Positions 1 through 8,035 of a stretch of DNA of 32,000 bases are shown one piece after another. Both the position numbers and the translations under genes were made by a program. Source of the stretch: Candidatus Saccharimonadota bacterium (GTDB lineage Bacteria; Patescibacteriota; Saccharimonadia; Saccharimonadales; UBA4665); NCBI GenBank assembly GCA_016700375.1, contig CP065016.1, positions 390,001-422,000 of the forward strand, in the 5' to 3' direction. Position 1 is the first letter of the stretch. Each line of letters starts with the position of its first letter. The notes under the pieces are model-generated. The model did not search any database. It was not told the origin of the DNA and saw only the letters and a program-made list of their open reading frames with translations.

Positions 1-1
1 C

Positions 2-1660
2 AGCGAAGAATCCCGCCTTGCCGCCGATGTCAAAACCACCCAACCCATCATGATAGTAGTGGGCAACCCTCCATACTCAGTGAGTAGCAATAACAAAAGT
101 GAATGGATCCAAAATCTCATAAAAGACTACAAAAAGAATCTTAACGAGAAGAAAATAAACCTTGATGATGACTATATTAAATTCATCCGCTTCGCGGAAC
201 AGATGATTGAGAAAAATGGCTCGGGAATCGTTGCCATGATTACCAATAATAGCTACATCGATGGCATCACACATCGTAGAATGCGTAAACACTTGCTACA
301 AACATTCGATAAAATCTATATCTTGGATTTACATGGAAGTACTATGAAGAAAGAAAAAGCACCCGATGGGAGCAAAGACGAAAACGTCTTCTCAATCATG
401 CAGGGAGTTTCAATCGTTCTCATGGTCAAGATTGGAGCCAAACACGATTCAGCTATTGGTGAAGTCTACCATGCTGAACTTTTCGGCACTCGCAGAGACA
501 AGTTCATAATGTTAAGTCGAGATGAAATCGCATTTGAAAAACTAACCACTCATGAACCAAGCTACTTCTTTGTAAAAAAAGACTTGACCCTAAGTAGCGA
601 GTACGCTGGAGGTATCGGGCTCAATGAGTTGTTTATAGTCAGCAATTCTGGCATCAAGACTGATAGGGATAAATTATTTATCGATTTCGAACAAGATATT
701 CTGAGCAAACGTGTCGAAAAATTATTCGGCGGTGATTTGAACGAGGGATTTAGAACAGACTATAGAGTAGAAGACTCCAGTAGCTACAAACTTACCAGCA
801 TTTTAGAAAAAAACCGCTTCTCAGCTGAGCATATTAAGCTAGAAGAATACAGGCCTTTTGATTACAGATATATATACTATGATCGCTCTGTAATTAGTCG
901 CCCGGGTTATGCTGTAATGTCTCATCAGCAAGAAGACAATCCAATGCTAATCTCAACAAGGCAACTTAGTAGTTTTGATTATCAACATGCATTGGTGAGC
1001 ACCGACCTTACCGATATATGTTCCATCTCGTCACAGACAAAGGAAACTGGCTATGCGTTTCCACTATATACCTACGCTAAAAATGGCGAAAAAATTGAGA
1101 ATTACAACCCAATAAGACTTAGTGAACTACTTCGGTTATGCAGTAATAACGAAGTCTCGGAAGTGTCACATCAACCAGAAGACGTTTTTGACTATGTATA
1201 TGCTACCTTACACTCGCCAAGTTATCGCAAAAAATATAAAGAATTTCTTAAATCCGATTTTCCCAGAATCCCGATTCCAATCCAGAAAGAATTTGAACGA
1301 CTAACCCCACTTGGTAAACGGCTGCGTGAACTGCACTTAATGACATCTGGCGAATCGCATGAAGTTACAACCACTTATCCAGAAAGCTCAGAAGAGTGGC
1401 AAAATGAAGTAAATTTACCCTTATTTTCAAAAGATACTCGTGAGCCAAATGGCAATGGCAGAGTATACATTAATTCTCAGCAATATTTTGGCAATGTACC
1501 TGAAGCGGCATGGAATTTCTACATAGGTGGCTACCAGCCGGCGCAAAAGTGGCTCAAGGACCGCAAAGGCCGCAAACTCACTAGTAACGACATAACCCAC
1601 TACCAACGCATTATCACTATCCTCACCAAAACCCAAGAAATCATGCAGGAAATCGGCTAA
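2..1660 (+). CDS. N6-adenine DNA methyltransferase of the type IIG / type ISP-like restriction-modification family, C-terminal part (5' end outside window)
   Basis: The frame is open from position 2 to the window edge (SEESRLAADVKTTQPI precedes the listed Met), so the gene is truncated by the window. It has the catalytic NPPY motif (VVGNPPYS). The C-terminal segment HSPSYRKKYKEFLKSDFPRIPIP ... WNFYIGGYQPAQKWLKDRKGRKLT matches, from memory, the conserved C-terminal domain of type ISP/IIG enzymes. Stop TAA at 1658-1660. Confidence 0.85.
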   Translation, partial: SEESRLAADVKTTQPIMIVVGNPPYSVSSNNKSEWIQNLIKDYKKNLNEKKINLDDDYIKFIRFAEQMIEKNGSGIVAMITNNSYIDGITHRRMRKHLLQTFDKIYILDLHGSTMKKEKAPDGSKDENVFSIMQGVSIVLMVKIGAKHDSAIGEVYHAELFGTRRDKFIMLSRDEIAFEKLTTHEPSYFFVKKDLTLSSEYAGGIGLNELFIVSNSGIKTDRDKLFIDFEQDILSKRVEKLFGGDLNEGFRTDYRVEDSSSYKLTSILEKNRFSAEHIKLEEYRPFDYRYIYYDRSVISRPGYAVMSHQQEDNPMLISTRQLSSFDYQHALVSTDLTDICSISSQTKETGYAFPLYTYAKNGEKIENYNPIRLSELLRLCSNNEVSEVSHQPEDVFDYVYATLHSPSYRKKYKEFLKSDFPRIPIPIQKEFERLTPLGKRLRELHLMTSGESHEVTTTYPESSEEWQNEVNLPLFSKDTREPNGNGRVYINSQQYFGNVPEAAWNFYIGGYQPAQKWLKDRKGRKLTSNDITHYQRIITILTKTQEIMQEIG

Positions 1661-1678
1661 TTTTACAACACTGTCGTA

Positions 1679-1707
1679 TTGAAACACAATCCTACCTACT
1701 GTATGAT
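1679..1707 (+). promoter_or_regulatory. sigma70-type promoter candidate for the 1737-2993 cassette
   Basis: TTGAAA (1679-1684), 17-nt spacer, TATGAT (1702-1707). A GGGAG Shine-Dalgarno (1727-1731) lies 5 nt before ATG 1737. Confidence 0.6.
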
Positions 1708-1736
1708 AATCACATAAGATTACATAGGGAGTTATT

Positions 1737-2594
1737 ATGGCAGTACAAATTACGATCGACGGGGAAGGGTTGAGCTATACTTCAAATATAAATATTATTC
1801 AAGCCGCGAAAATTATTGGATTCCTTAATACAGAAGAGCCGCTTGGTGCGGCCGACAGCTACCAAAATACTCCGCACCAAGGAGCAACGAATTTTATCGA
1901 TCCACCCAAGAACAAAGTGGTCTCTTCGCCGCGGGAGGCGATTATACATGCCCGCGCAAGAACAAATGCCCAAAAAATTCTCGTCTTGGGAGCATATATA
2001 GTAGAAAGAGATGGTGCCGAAGAGTTTGCCTCGACTGAGCTGAAGAATCTTTTTATCAAAGCCGGTGAATCGGCCCCCCGCAATCTTTCAAGGGATCTGA
2101 AATATGCAATAAAATCTGGCTATATAACTGAGAGTATGTCTGGATCTGACATGTATATAGTAACGAACACGGGCTACAATGTCCTCGAAAACGGTTTTGA
2201 GGCCACCGAACACTCGTCAACCCCTAGTGCTAACGGAGGGCGTAAGAGTAGAAAAAGACGCAACCCAAAAATTGCACCGAAACCTGAATGGCTAGACTCG
2301 GTGGAAATTGACGACCATATGGAAGGCTACCCGACCTATCGGCAAATGAACACTAAGAGCGACAAGGCCCTGTGGATAGTGCAATGGGCTACAGCAAAAG
2401 GTCGCGAACGAGTTACGGCGGCAGACATAACAGCTGTCGCCGATGGGCTCGCAGATCATATTCAGCGTAATCAGATTACAGCTACCCTCTCGGGCCACGT
2501 CAGTAAAAGCAATGTATCAAAAACTGCGGATGGATACAAAATCTTATACTCTGGGAGCCGCTACCTAATAGGCTCTACAGGGACCAGAGAGTAG
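1737..2594 (+). CDS. hypothetical protein, two winged-helix-like modules joined by a basic linker
   Basis: 285-aa ORF with good SD and promoter. Two segments show a helix-turn-helix/wing-like pattern (approx. SPREAIIHARARTNAQKILVLGAYIVE...YIVTNTGYNVLENGF and KSDKALWIVQWATAKGRERVTAADITAVA...DGYKILYSGSRYL). They are separated by GGRKSRKRRNPKIAPKP. No family recognised by eye. Confidence 0.6.
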   Translation: MAVQITIDGEGLSYTSNINIIQAAKIIGFLNTEEPLGAADSYQNTPHQGATNFIDPPKNKVVSSPREAIIHARARTNAQKILVLGAYIVERDGAEEFASTELKNLFIKAGESAPRNLSRDLKYAIKSGYITESMSGSDMYIVTNTGYNVLENGFEATEHSSTPSANGGRKSRKRRNPKIAPKPEWLDSVEIDDHMEGYPTYRQMNTKSDKALWIVQWATAKGRERVTAADITAVADGLADHIQRNQITATLSGHVSKSNVSKTADGYKILYSGSRYLIGSTGTRE

Positions 2595-2603
2595 GCGACA
2601 AAC

Positions 2604-2993
2604 ATGGACCGTCTATCGACTAAAGATATCATTGCAAAGTACCGTGTTGCATATAAGCAGCTCAGACCTCTTGAGTCGGAAGCTATTGGCGACAAAGTTT
2701 ACTTCAATATGTACGGATTTAAGCATTTACTATTTAAGGGCAAGCATCGTCGAGAGACGAAAGCCATCCTGAATCGACTCGTACTAATCCCGCTTATTGT
2801 ACCCGTTATACGCAACTGTTCGGAAGAAGTTGAAATCCGCATACGCTGGGAAACGATAGATGGCAAGAAAATCCGCGTGACTTATTACGCCCTTGAAGCG
2901 CATGTCGGCAAAGATAGCGTACGCGTGCGAGTCGTCACCCGGAAAGTTGGCGATAAAGGTAAGCATTATTTTCAAAGTATAATGAAATATTAA
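2604..2993 (+). CDS. hypothetical small basic protein (possible toxin/nuclease partner of 1737-2594; function unknown)
   Basis: 129-aa ORF starting 9 nt after the upstream stop, so it looks operonic. It is Lys/Arg/His-rich (FKHLLFKGKHRRETK, RKVGDKGKHYF) and is followed immediately by a terminator hairpin. The resemblance to small RNase-type toxin domains is only an impression. Confidence 0.55.
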   Translation: MDRLSTKDIIAKYRVAYKQLRPLESEAIGDKVYFNMYGFKHLLFKGKHRRETKAILNRLVLIPLIVPVIRNCSEEVEIRIRWETIDGKKIRVTYYALEAHVGKDSVRVRVVTRKVGDKGKHYFQSIMKY

Positions 2994-3020
2994 AAACACC
3001 TTTGTGCTAAAGGTGTTTTT
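2993..3020 (+). terminator. intrinsic terminator hairpin
   Basis: AAAACACCTTT (2993-3003) pairs perfectly with AAAGGTGTTTT (3009-3019), with loop GTGCT. The 3' arm runs into a T-tract. It lies directly after stop 2991-2993. Confidence 0.7.
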
Positions 3021-3163
3021 AATGTGTTCGCTTCCAGACTTAGGAGATTTAACCTTGGTCGGTTCTAGGGCAAGCCCCACGAACACAATCCTATAATAGC
3101 ACGATATGTTAAGTGTTGCAAGTATTGTATAGTTATTGTGTGATAAAATATGTGTAAAAAAAT

Positions 3164-3192
3164 TTGACATTCATCTGTTATTTCAGTAGCAT
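3164..3192 (+). promoter_or_regulatory. sigma70-type promoter candidate for the 3223-6253 cassette
   Basis: TTGACA (3164-3169), 17-nt spacer, TAGCAT (3187-3192). AAAGGA SD at 3211-3216. Confidence 0.5.
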
Positions 3193-3222
3193 GAAAATAG
3201 AAAATAGCAGAAAGGAATGGCG

Positions 3223-3951
3223 ATGAGCAGGCTTGGAAGTAACATCAAGGCAGCGCGACTCGCGCGGGGGTTTACGCAGGCGCAGGTGGCAGAGGCGATT
3301 GGGCTGACTCGGCCGACGTATGCGCTGGTAGAAGTAAATAAACGCGATATTACGCTTGGGCAAGCCGAAACATTGGCTGCCATGCTGCGAGTGAGCGTTG
3401 ACGAACTGCGCGGTGCAGCCGATGGAGTTGTAGCTCAGTTAAATCCTGAAGCAAGCATGGAAAAATACAAGCAGATGATTCTTAACGCTCTGGAAACCGG
3501 AGCGGATAGGGATGGTAAAATCACCAAAACAAAGCTTGCCAAGCTAGTATATCTCGCCGATTTCACCTGGTTTTACAACCACCTTGTACCGATGTCGGGC
3601 ATGAGCTACCGCCGCCTGCCACAGGGTCCGGTGCCAGATGTATACTTTCGCGCTATAGACGAGCTGATAGAAGGCGGCGCGCTCAATATGGAAGAACGGG
3701 GCAGGGCTTTCATGCTCAGTATGGCCGATACAGGGAGCGCGCCAAGTAATCAACTCAAGCCAGAAGAAAAACAAATGCTTCAGCGAATCGGCAAGGCCTG
3801 GCAAGGTAAACAAACCCAGGAAATAGTAAACTTTACGCACGAACAATTACCGTGGCAAATCTGCCGGGAGGGCGAGGTAATTCCATACGGGCTCATCACA
3901 CAGGAAGACCCAAAAAAGGTGTATGGAAATGCCCGAGTCGCTGAACTATAG
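3223..3951 (+). CDS. XRE-family HTH fused to a Panacea/DUF4065 (SocA-like) antitoxin-type domain
   Basis: The N-terminus LGSNIKAARLARGFTQAQVAEAIGLTRPTYALVEVNKRDITLGQAETLAAML is a typical Cro/C1 HTH. The C-terminal KLAKLVYLADFTWFYNHLVPMSGMSYRRLPQGPVPDVY fits the DUF4065 signature as I remember it. ATG 3223 has better SD spacing than the listed ATG 3217, which is in the same frame. Confidence 0.8.
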   Translation: MSRLGSNIKAARLARGFTQAQVAEAIGLTRPTYALVEVNKRDITLGQAETLAAMLRVSVDELRGAADGVVAQLNPEASMEKYKQMILNALETGADRDGKITKTKLAKLVYLADFTWFYNHLVPMSGMSYRRLPQGPVPDVYFRAIDELIEGGALNMEERGRAFMLSMADTGSAPSNQLKPEEKQMLQRIGKAWQGKQTQEIVNFTHEQLPWQICREGEVIPYGLITQEDPKKVYGNARVAEL

Positions 3952-4333
3952 CTGCAGCTGGCGGGAATATGCCGAGCGTCATTATGCAAAAGTATTTTCC
4001 AAAAAGTACAAAGCTGGCTGGCTACAAACACGAGACACTATTGATGAGGTGTGCAAGCGCATAGATAGTATGCTGGCTTATGCACGCGCAGACCTCATCG
4101 CCACACACAAGCAGTACAAAATAGTGAAGCTTGATTTTGCTATCGCTGGCACAAAGATTTCCGCAAAGGCTTCAGGAAACCGCTGTATACTCTTCGTGGA
4201 CGAAGCTGTGCGTCACGTAGAAATATTGCTCGCATACTCTAAAAATGATATCGGCCCGCCAAATGAAACCGCAAAATGGCAGCTATTGATAAAAAAGCAG
4301 TATCCAGAAATAATGAAGCTAATCCCGTTATGA
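3923..4333 (+). CDS. hypothetical protein, candidate toxin partner of the Panacea-domain gene (RelE/ParE-like C-terminal pattern)
   Basis: 136-aa ORF overlapping the upstream gene by 29 nt (23 nt if ATG 3929 is used, which has better spacing from AGGTG). The C-terminal YKIVKLDFAI...GNRCILFVDEAVRHVEILLAYSKND resembles the beta-strand/basic-residue pattern of RelE/ParE-fold toxins. This is a pattern-level call only. Confidence 0.5.
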   Translation: MEMPESLNYSCSWREYAERHYAKVFSKKYKAGWLQTRDTIDEVCKRIDSMLAYARADLIATHKQYKIVKLDFAIAGTKISAKASGNRCILFVDEAVRHVEILLAYSKNDIGPPNETAKWQLLIKKQYPEIMKLIPL

Positions 4334-5178
4334 AAGAGATCGTCAAAATGAAGCATGATATGGATAAAATCGCGGTATTTCGTAGGAAAGGAATTCGACG
4401 GCAGTTGCATAATGGTGAGTGGTGGTTTGCTGTGGCGGATGTTGTGGCGGTTTTAACTAATTCGGCCGATGCGGGTGCGTATTGGCGCAAACTAAAACAG
4501 AGGCTGGTAAGTGAAGGGTCTGAGCAAACCGTGACAAATTGTCACGGTTTGAAAATGACAGCAGCCGACGGTAAACAGCGCCGAACCGACGCTATGAAAA
4601 CAGATGACCTCTTCCGCCTCATCCAATCGATCCCGAGTAAAAAAGCAGAGCCATTCAAGCGGTGGTTGGCGCGTGTAGGGTATGAGCGTGCGCAAGAGAT
4701 TGAGAATCCGGAACTTGCCCAGAAACGCATGAAGGCACTGTACAAAGCAAAGGGCTACGACGAAGCGTGGATCGAGCGGCGGGTCCGCGGCATAGCCATA
4801 CGACAGGAACTCACCGATGAACGGGACAAACGTGGCGTGCAGAATGAGCGCGACTATGCCATCCTGACGGCAGAAATATCCAAAGCCACCTTTGGTATTA
4901 CTCCTAGCCAGTACAAGAAACTGAAGGGACTGCAGCGAGAAAACCTGCGATATCACATGAATGACCTCGAACTAATTTTTAGCCAGCTCGGCGAAGCCGC
5001 AACCACCGAAATAGCCCGAGCTGACGATGCGCAAGGTATGAACGAAAACATGAGCACCGCCAACCGAGGCGGAGCGGTGGCCGGAAACGCCCGCAAGCAG
5101 CTAGAAACCGAAACCGGCCGACGTGTTATAAGCAAAAATAACTTTCTACAAAATGATAAACGCAAAAAACTACACTAA
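4330..5178 (+). CDS. Bro-N domain / DinD-like (DNA-damage-inducible protein D-like) protein
   Basis: FRRKGIRRQLHNGEWWFAVADVVAVLT ... SEGSEQTVTNCHGLKMTAADGKQRRTDAM ... LIQSIPSKKAEPFKRWLARVGYERAQEIENPE matches a widespread Bro-N/DinD-like family from memory. The preferred start is ATG 4330, which overlaps the upstream stop as ATGA (4330-4333). The listed ORF starts at 4276 in the same frame. Confidence 0.8.
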   Translation: MKEIVKMKHDMDKIAVFRRKGIRRQLHNGEWWFAVADVVAVLTNSADAGAYWRKLKQRLVSEGSEQTVTNCHGLKMTAADGKQRRTDAMKTDDLFRLIQSIPSKKAEPFKRWLARVGYERAQEIENPELAQKRMKALYKAKGYDEAWIERRVRGIAIRQELTDERDKRGVQNERDYAILTAEISKATFGITPSQYKKLKGLQRENLRYHMNDLELIFSQLGEAATTEIARADDAQGMNENMSTANRGGAVAGNARKQLETETGRRVISKNNFLQNDKRKKLH

Positions 5179-5581
5179 ACCTGCAAGTACAAAGCGCTGG
5201 ACGTTGTACGTTTTACTTCTAGAAGAGGGCAAGTACTACGTGGGCATAACGTCACAAACCCCAGAAAAGCGGTTTCAGGAACATCTGCATGCTCGAAAAA
5301 GCTACTGGACAGAAAAATACCCTCCGATAAAAATCATCCAGACCGTTGACCTAGGAGGGCTAGACCGGGAAGCAGCCCTAGCTTACGAAAATCGTGTCGT
5401 CCGGAAGTACATTACGGAGAAAGGAATTAACAATGTTCGAGGCGGCGATATAACCACGCCAAATGTATTAGTCGCACGTTTCAACCGCATTTTTCCCAAG
5501 GATGACTGGGAGGCAATAGTAGTGATTTCATTCCTCATCCTTATCATTCTATATCAAACAGTAGTACTGTATATTCGGTAG
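5153..5581 (+). CDS. GIY-YIG domain protein with C-terminal transmembrane helix
   Basis: WTLYVLLLEEGKYYVGITSQTPEKRFQEH ... YENRVVRKY ... NVRGG fits the GIY-YIG core. The C-terminus WEAIVVISFLILIILYQTVVLYI is a hydrophobic helix. It overlaps the upstream gene by 26 nt. Confidence 0.75.
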   Translation: MINAKNYTKPASTKRWTLYVLLLEEGKYYVGITSQTPEKRFQEHLHARKSYWTEKYPPIKIIQTVDLGGLDREAALAYENRVVRKYITEKGINNVRGGDITTPNVLVARFNRIFPKDDWEAIVVISFLILIILYQTVVLYIR

Positions 5582-5614
5582 CGAACTTTCTCAGGCTACC
5601 GTATACTAGTCATT

Positions 5615-6253
5615 ATGCAAAAAGGCTTCGTGTACATACTGACCAATCCGAGCTACAAAGATAACATCATCAAAATTGGGTTTACAACCAATCTCAAGGA
5701 CCGGCTGGCGCAGCTTGACAAAACGGGGGTGCCAACACCTTTCGACCCGTACATGACGGTACAAACCGCAAAGTATAAAGAGCTAGAAAAAGTTATTCAC
5801 CACGAACTCGATAAGCTCACTGATTTCAGAACTCGAGAAAACCGTGAATTCTTTGAAATTGACCCAGTAGACGCCGCGGACCTGCTCAAAAACTTGGCAC
5901 GGCTGCTCGACGATGCCGAAATAGTCGAGTATGGCAATCTCAGCAGCGTAGAAGAAAAGAGCGAAGCAACTATAGCACAACAGGGTAACAGGACAACATT
6001 CAAAATGCTCGGGGTGCCCGTGGGAAGTAAATTGGTGGCAACCAACAAAAATATCCCGGACGTGACCGTATTAGATGAAATAAATCAGGTGCGGCTGCCG
6101 GACGGTAGTATAAAATCCATATCAAGGGCCGTGATAGACGCTGTAGGTGGGCACCGGAATGGGTTCCAGGTCTATAAATTCAACGGTAAAATCCTCTCAA
6201 ATATTCGAAAATCGTTCGACCAGAACTATCTACCCAAGAGTACTCGCTCTTAA
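5615..6253 (+). CDS. T5orf172 / GIY-YIG-like (MUG113-type) domain protein
   Basis: GFVYILTNPSYKDNIIKIGFTTNLKDRLAQL ... VIHHELDKL...RENREFFEI is the typical T5orf172 pattern. It has a ~100-aa C-terminal extension of unknown function. Confidence 0.75.
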   Translation: MQKGFVYILTNPSYKDNIIKIGFTTNLKDRLAQLDKTGVPTPFDPYMTVQTAKYKELEKVIHHELDKLTDFRTRENREFFEIDPVDAADLLKNLARLLDDAEIVEYGNLSSVEEKSEATIAQQGNRTTFKMLGVPVGSKLVATNKNIPDVTVLDEINQVRLPDGSIKSISRAVIDAVGGHRNGFQVYKFNGKILSNIRKSFDQNYLPKSTRS

Positions 6254-6507
6254 TATCTGACTATAAAAGATTCTCTGGACCAAATCTGATTGTATTCTAA
6301 GCGGATTAATGTTATGCTTCGGGTTACTAGAAGGCTGCGAAAAAGGGTTTTGTAGGTTTACAGATCAGGTTCTAGAAAGATTTAACAAGTTATGTTCGAT
6401 GCAAGGCGCAGCTAATCCTTTCTTTGTAAAGATTACCTTCAGCGACAGAATTAATCTCGGCATCCACTTACGTGCATGACGAGAAAAGAAAGGGTTATCC
6501 ATACTTA

Positions 6508-6771
6508 ATGGCAACCAAACTATTTGTCGGCTCACTTCCATGGGCAGTCGACGACCAACAACTAAAAGACCTCTTCAGCGAATTCGGTGAAGTGTCTTAC
6601 AGCAAGGTCATCATAGACCGCGACACCAACCGCTCAAAGGGCTTTGGTTTCGTCGAATTCGAAGATGATGCTGCTGCTAAGGCCGCTATCGCCAAACTTG
6701 ACGGTAGCGAAATGAATGGCCGCAATATCGTAGTCAACGAAGCTCGCCCACGCGAAGACAACCGTCGCTAA
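6508..6771 (+). CDS. RRM-type RNA-binding protein
   Basis: MATKLFVGSLPW (RNP2) and KGFGFVEF (RNP1) motifs. The listed ORF begins at GTG 6472, but ATG 6508 gives the canonical N-terminus. Confidence 0.9.
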   Translation: MATKLFVGSLPWAVDDQQLKDLFSEFGEVSYSKVIIDRDTNRSKGFGFVEFEDDAAAKAAIAKLDGSEMNGRNIVVNEARPREDNRR

Positions 6772-6788
6772 TTGCGAATGTTGGTAAT

Positions 6789-6818
6789 AAGCACTCCCTC
6801 AAGGGGGTGCTTATTTTT
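6789..6818 (+). terminator. intrinsic terminator
   Basis: AAGCACTCCC / GGGGGTGCTT stem (one G-U pair), loop TCAA, followed by ATTTTTAT. It lies 18 nt after the stop of the RRM gene. Confidence 0.75.
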
Positions 6819-7063
6819 ATTTAACTGGACTCACGCAAAATCGCACCGCATCCAGATTCCTCTAGCAGTGATTCAGAAGACAGTTTATCTGGAGGAAGAG
6901 TAGCCGTAGCTACTCTGACGAGAGAAAACTGTTTTATGAACGCTGGTAATGGTTCTGGTGTAGTGGGAGTTTCGTAAGTCCAGTTTAACTGGTTGTAGCA
7001 CGGAAATATCAGTAGATATTCGGTCTGGCGGTGGTATGATATAGGGCAGATACAGGAGTACCC

Positions 7064-8035
7064 ATGAAACTAGTTATTGTTTCCATATGTAAAAACGAAG
7101 CCGAAACCGTTGCGGAACTGATTAAGCGTATACCAAAAAAATACGATGGTATCAGCGAACTCGATATCTGCATCGTAGACGACGGCAGCACCGACGGCAC
7201 AGCCGAAGCGGCCAAAAAAGCCGGCGCGACCAAAGTCTACAGCGACGGGGCAGGCAAGGGGCTAGCATTTCGGTTCCGGGAAGTCATAGATATTGCACTC
7301 GAACGCGGCGCCGACGTCTTAGTGAATATAGACGGCGACTTGCAGTTTCGACCCGAAGACATCCCTGAGTTCGTCGCACCCATCGTGAAAAACGAGGCCG
7401 ACTTTGTCGCCGCCGACCGCTTTACCGACCCAAAGACTGGCGAACAGCGCCGCCCAGAAAACATGCCTGCCGGAAAATACTATGGCAACAAAGTAGGCGC
7501 TAGAGTAGTAAGCAACTTTTCTCGCCAAAAGTTCAACGATGTCACCTGCGGCTTCCGCGCCTACAGCTACCGCGCCCTCACGGCCCTTAACCTCAACAGC
7601 ACACACACCTACACCCAAGAATCATTCCAGATTATTGCCGCCAAACGCATGCGCATTCGTACCATCCCCACACACGTCACCTACTACAAGGGCCGTAAGT
7701 CGCGGGTTGTAAAAAGCCTCGTCAGCTACATCGCCATCAGCAGCCTCAACATATTGCGCGCTTACCGCGATTTCGCCCCATTACGCTTTTTCTTCTCTGT
7801 TGGCTTCATCCCATTTGCAGTCGGGATGCTCGGCATCATTGTCGCGGGCTGGCATTGGGTACAAACTGGCACTATTTCGCCGTATAAAGCGTTTGGCATA
7901 GCCGGACTGTATCTAACGACCCTTGGCATTTTCTTTTGGTCGCTCGGACTCGTTGCCGACATGCTTGTCCGTTTGCAGGGAACCAGCGAAAAAACATACG
8001 AAGACGTCAAACACCTCCGCTACCCCCGTAACTAA
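7064..8035 (+). CDS. family 2 glycosyltransferase (polyprenyl-phosphate sugar synthase-like) with C-terminal TM helices
   Basis: KLVIVSICKNEAETV ... CIVDDGSTDGT ... NIDGDLQF (DxD-type) is typical of GT2. Two C-terminal hydrophobic helices match the GtrB/DPM1-like architecture. Confidence 0.85.
   Translation: MKLVIVSICKNEAETVAELIKRIPKKYDGISELDICIVDDGSTDGTAEAAKKAGATKVYSDGAGKGLAFRFREVIDIALERGADVLVNIDGDLQFRPEDIPEFVAPIVKNEADFVAADRFTDPKTGEQRRPENMPAGKYYGNKVGARVVSNFSRQKFNDVTCGFRAYSYRALTALNLNSTHTYTQESFQIIAAKRMRIRTIPTHVTYYKGRKSRVVKSLVSYIAISSLNILRAYRDFAPLRFFFSVGFIPFAVGMLGIIVAGWHWVQTGTISPYKAFGIAGLYLTTLGIFFWSLGLVADMLVRLQGTSEKTYEDVKHLRYPRN

Noticed and set aside
1683-3093. Shared 12-mer AACACAATCCTA at 1683-1694 and 3082-3093, both in promoter-like regions of the island.
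   Set aside because: A single 12-nt match is within chance expectation for a 32-kb window on two strands. The two copies also sit in different registers relative to the -10 boxes.
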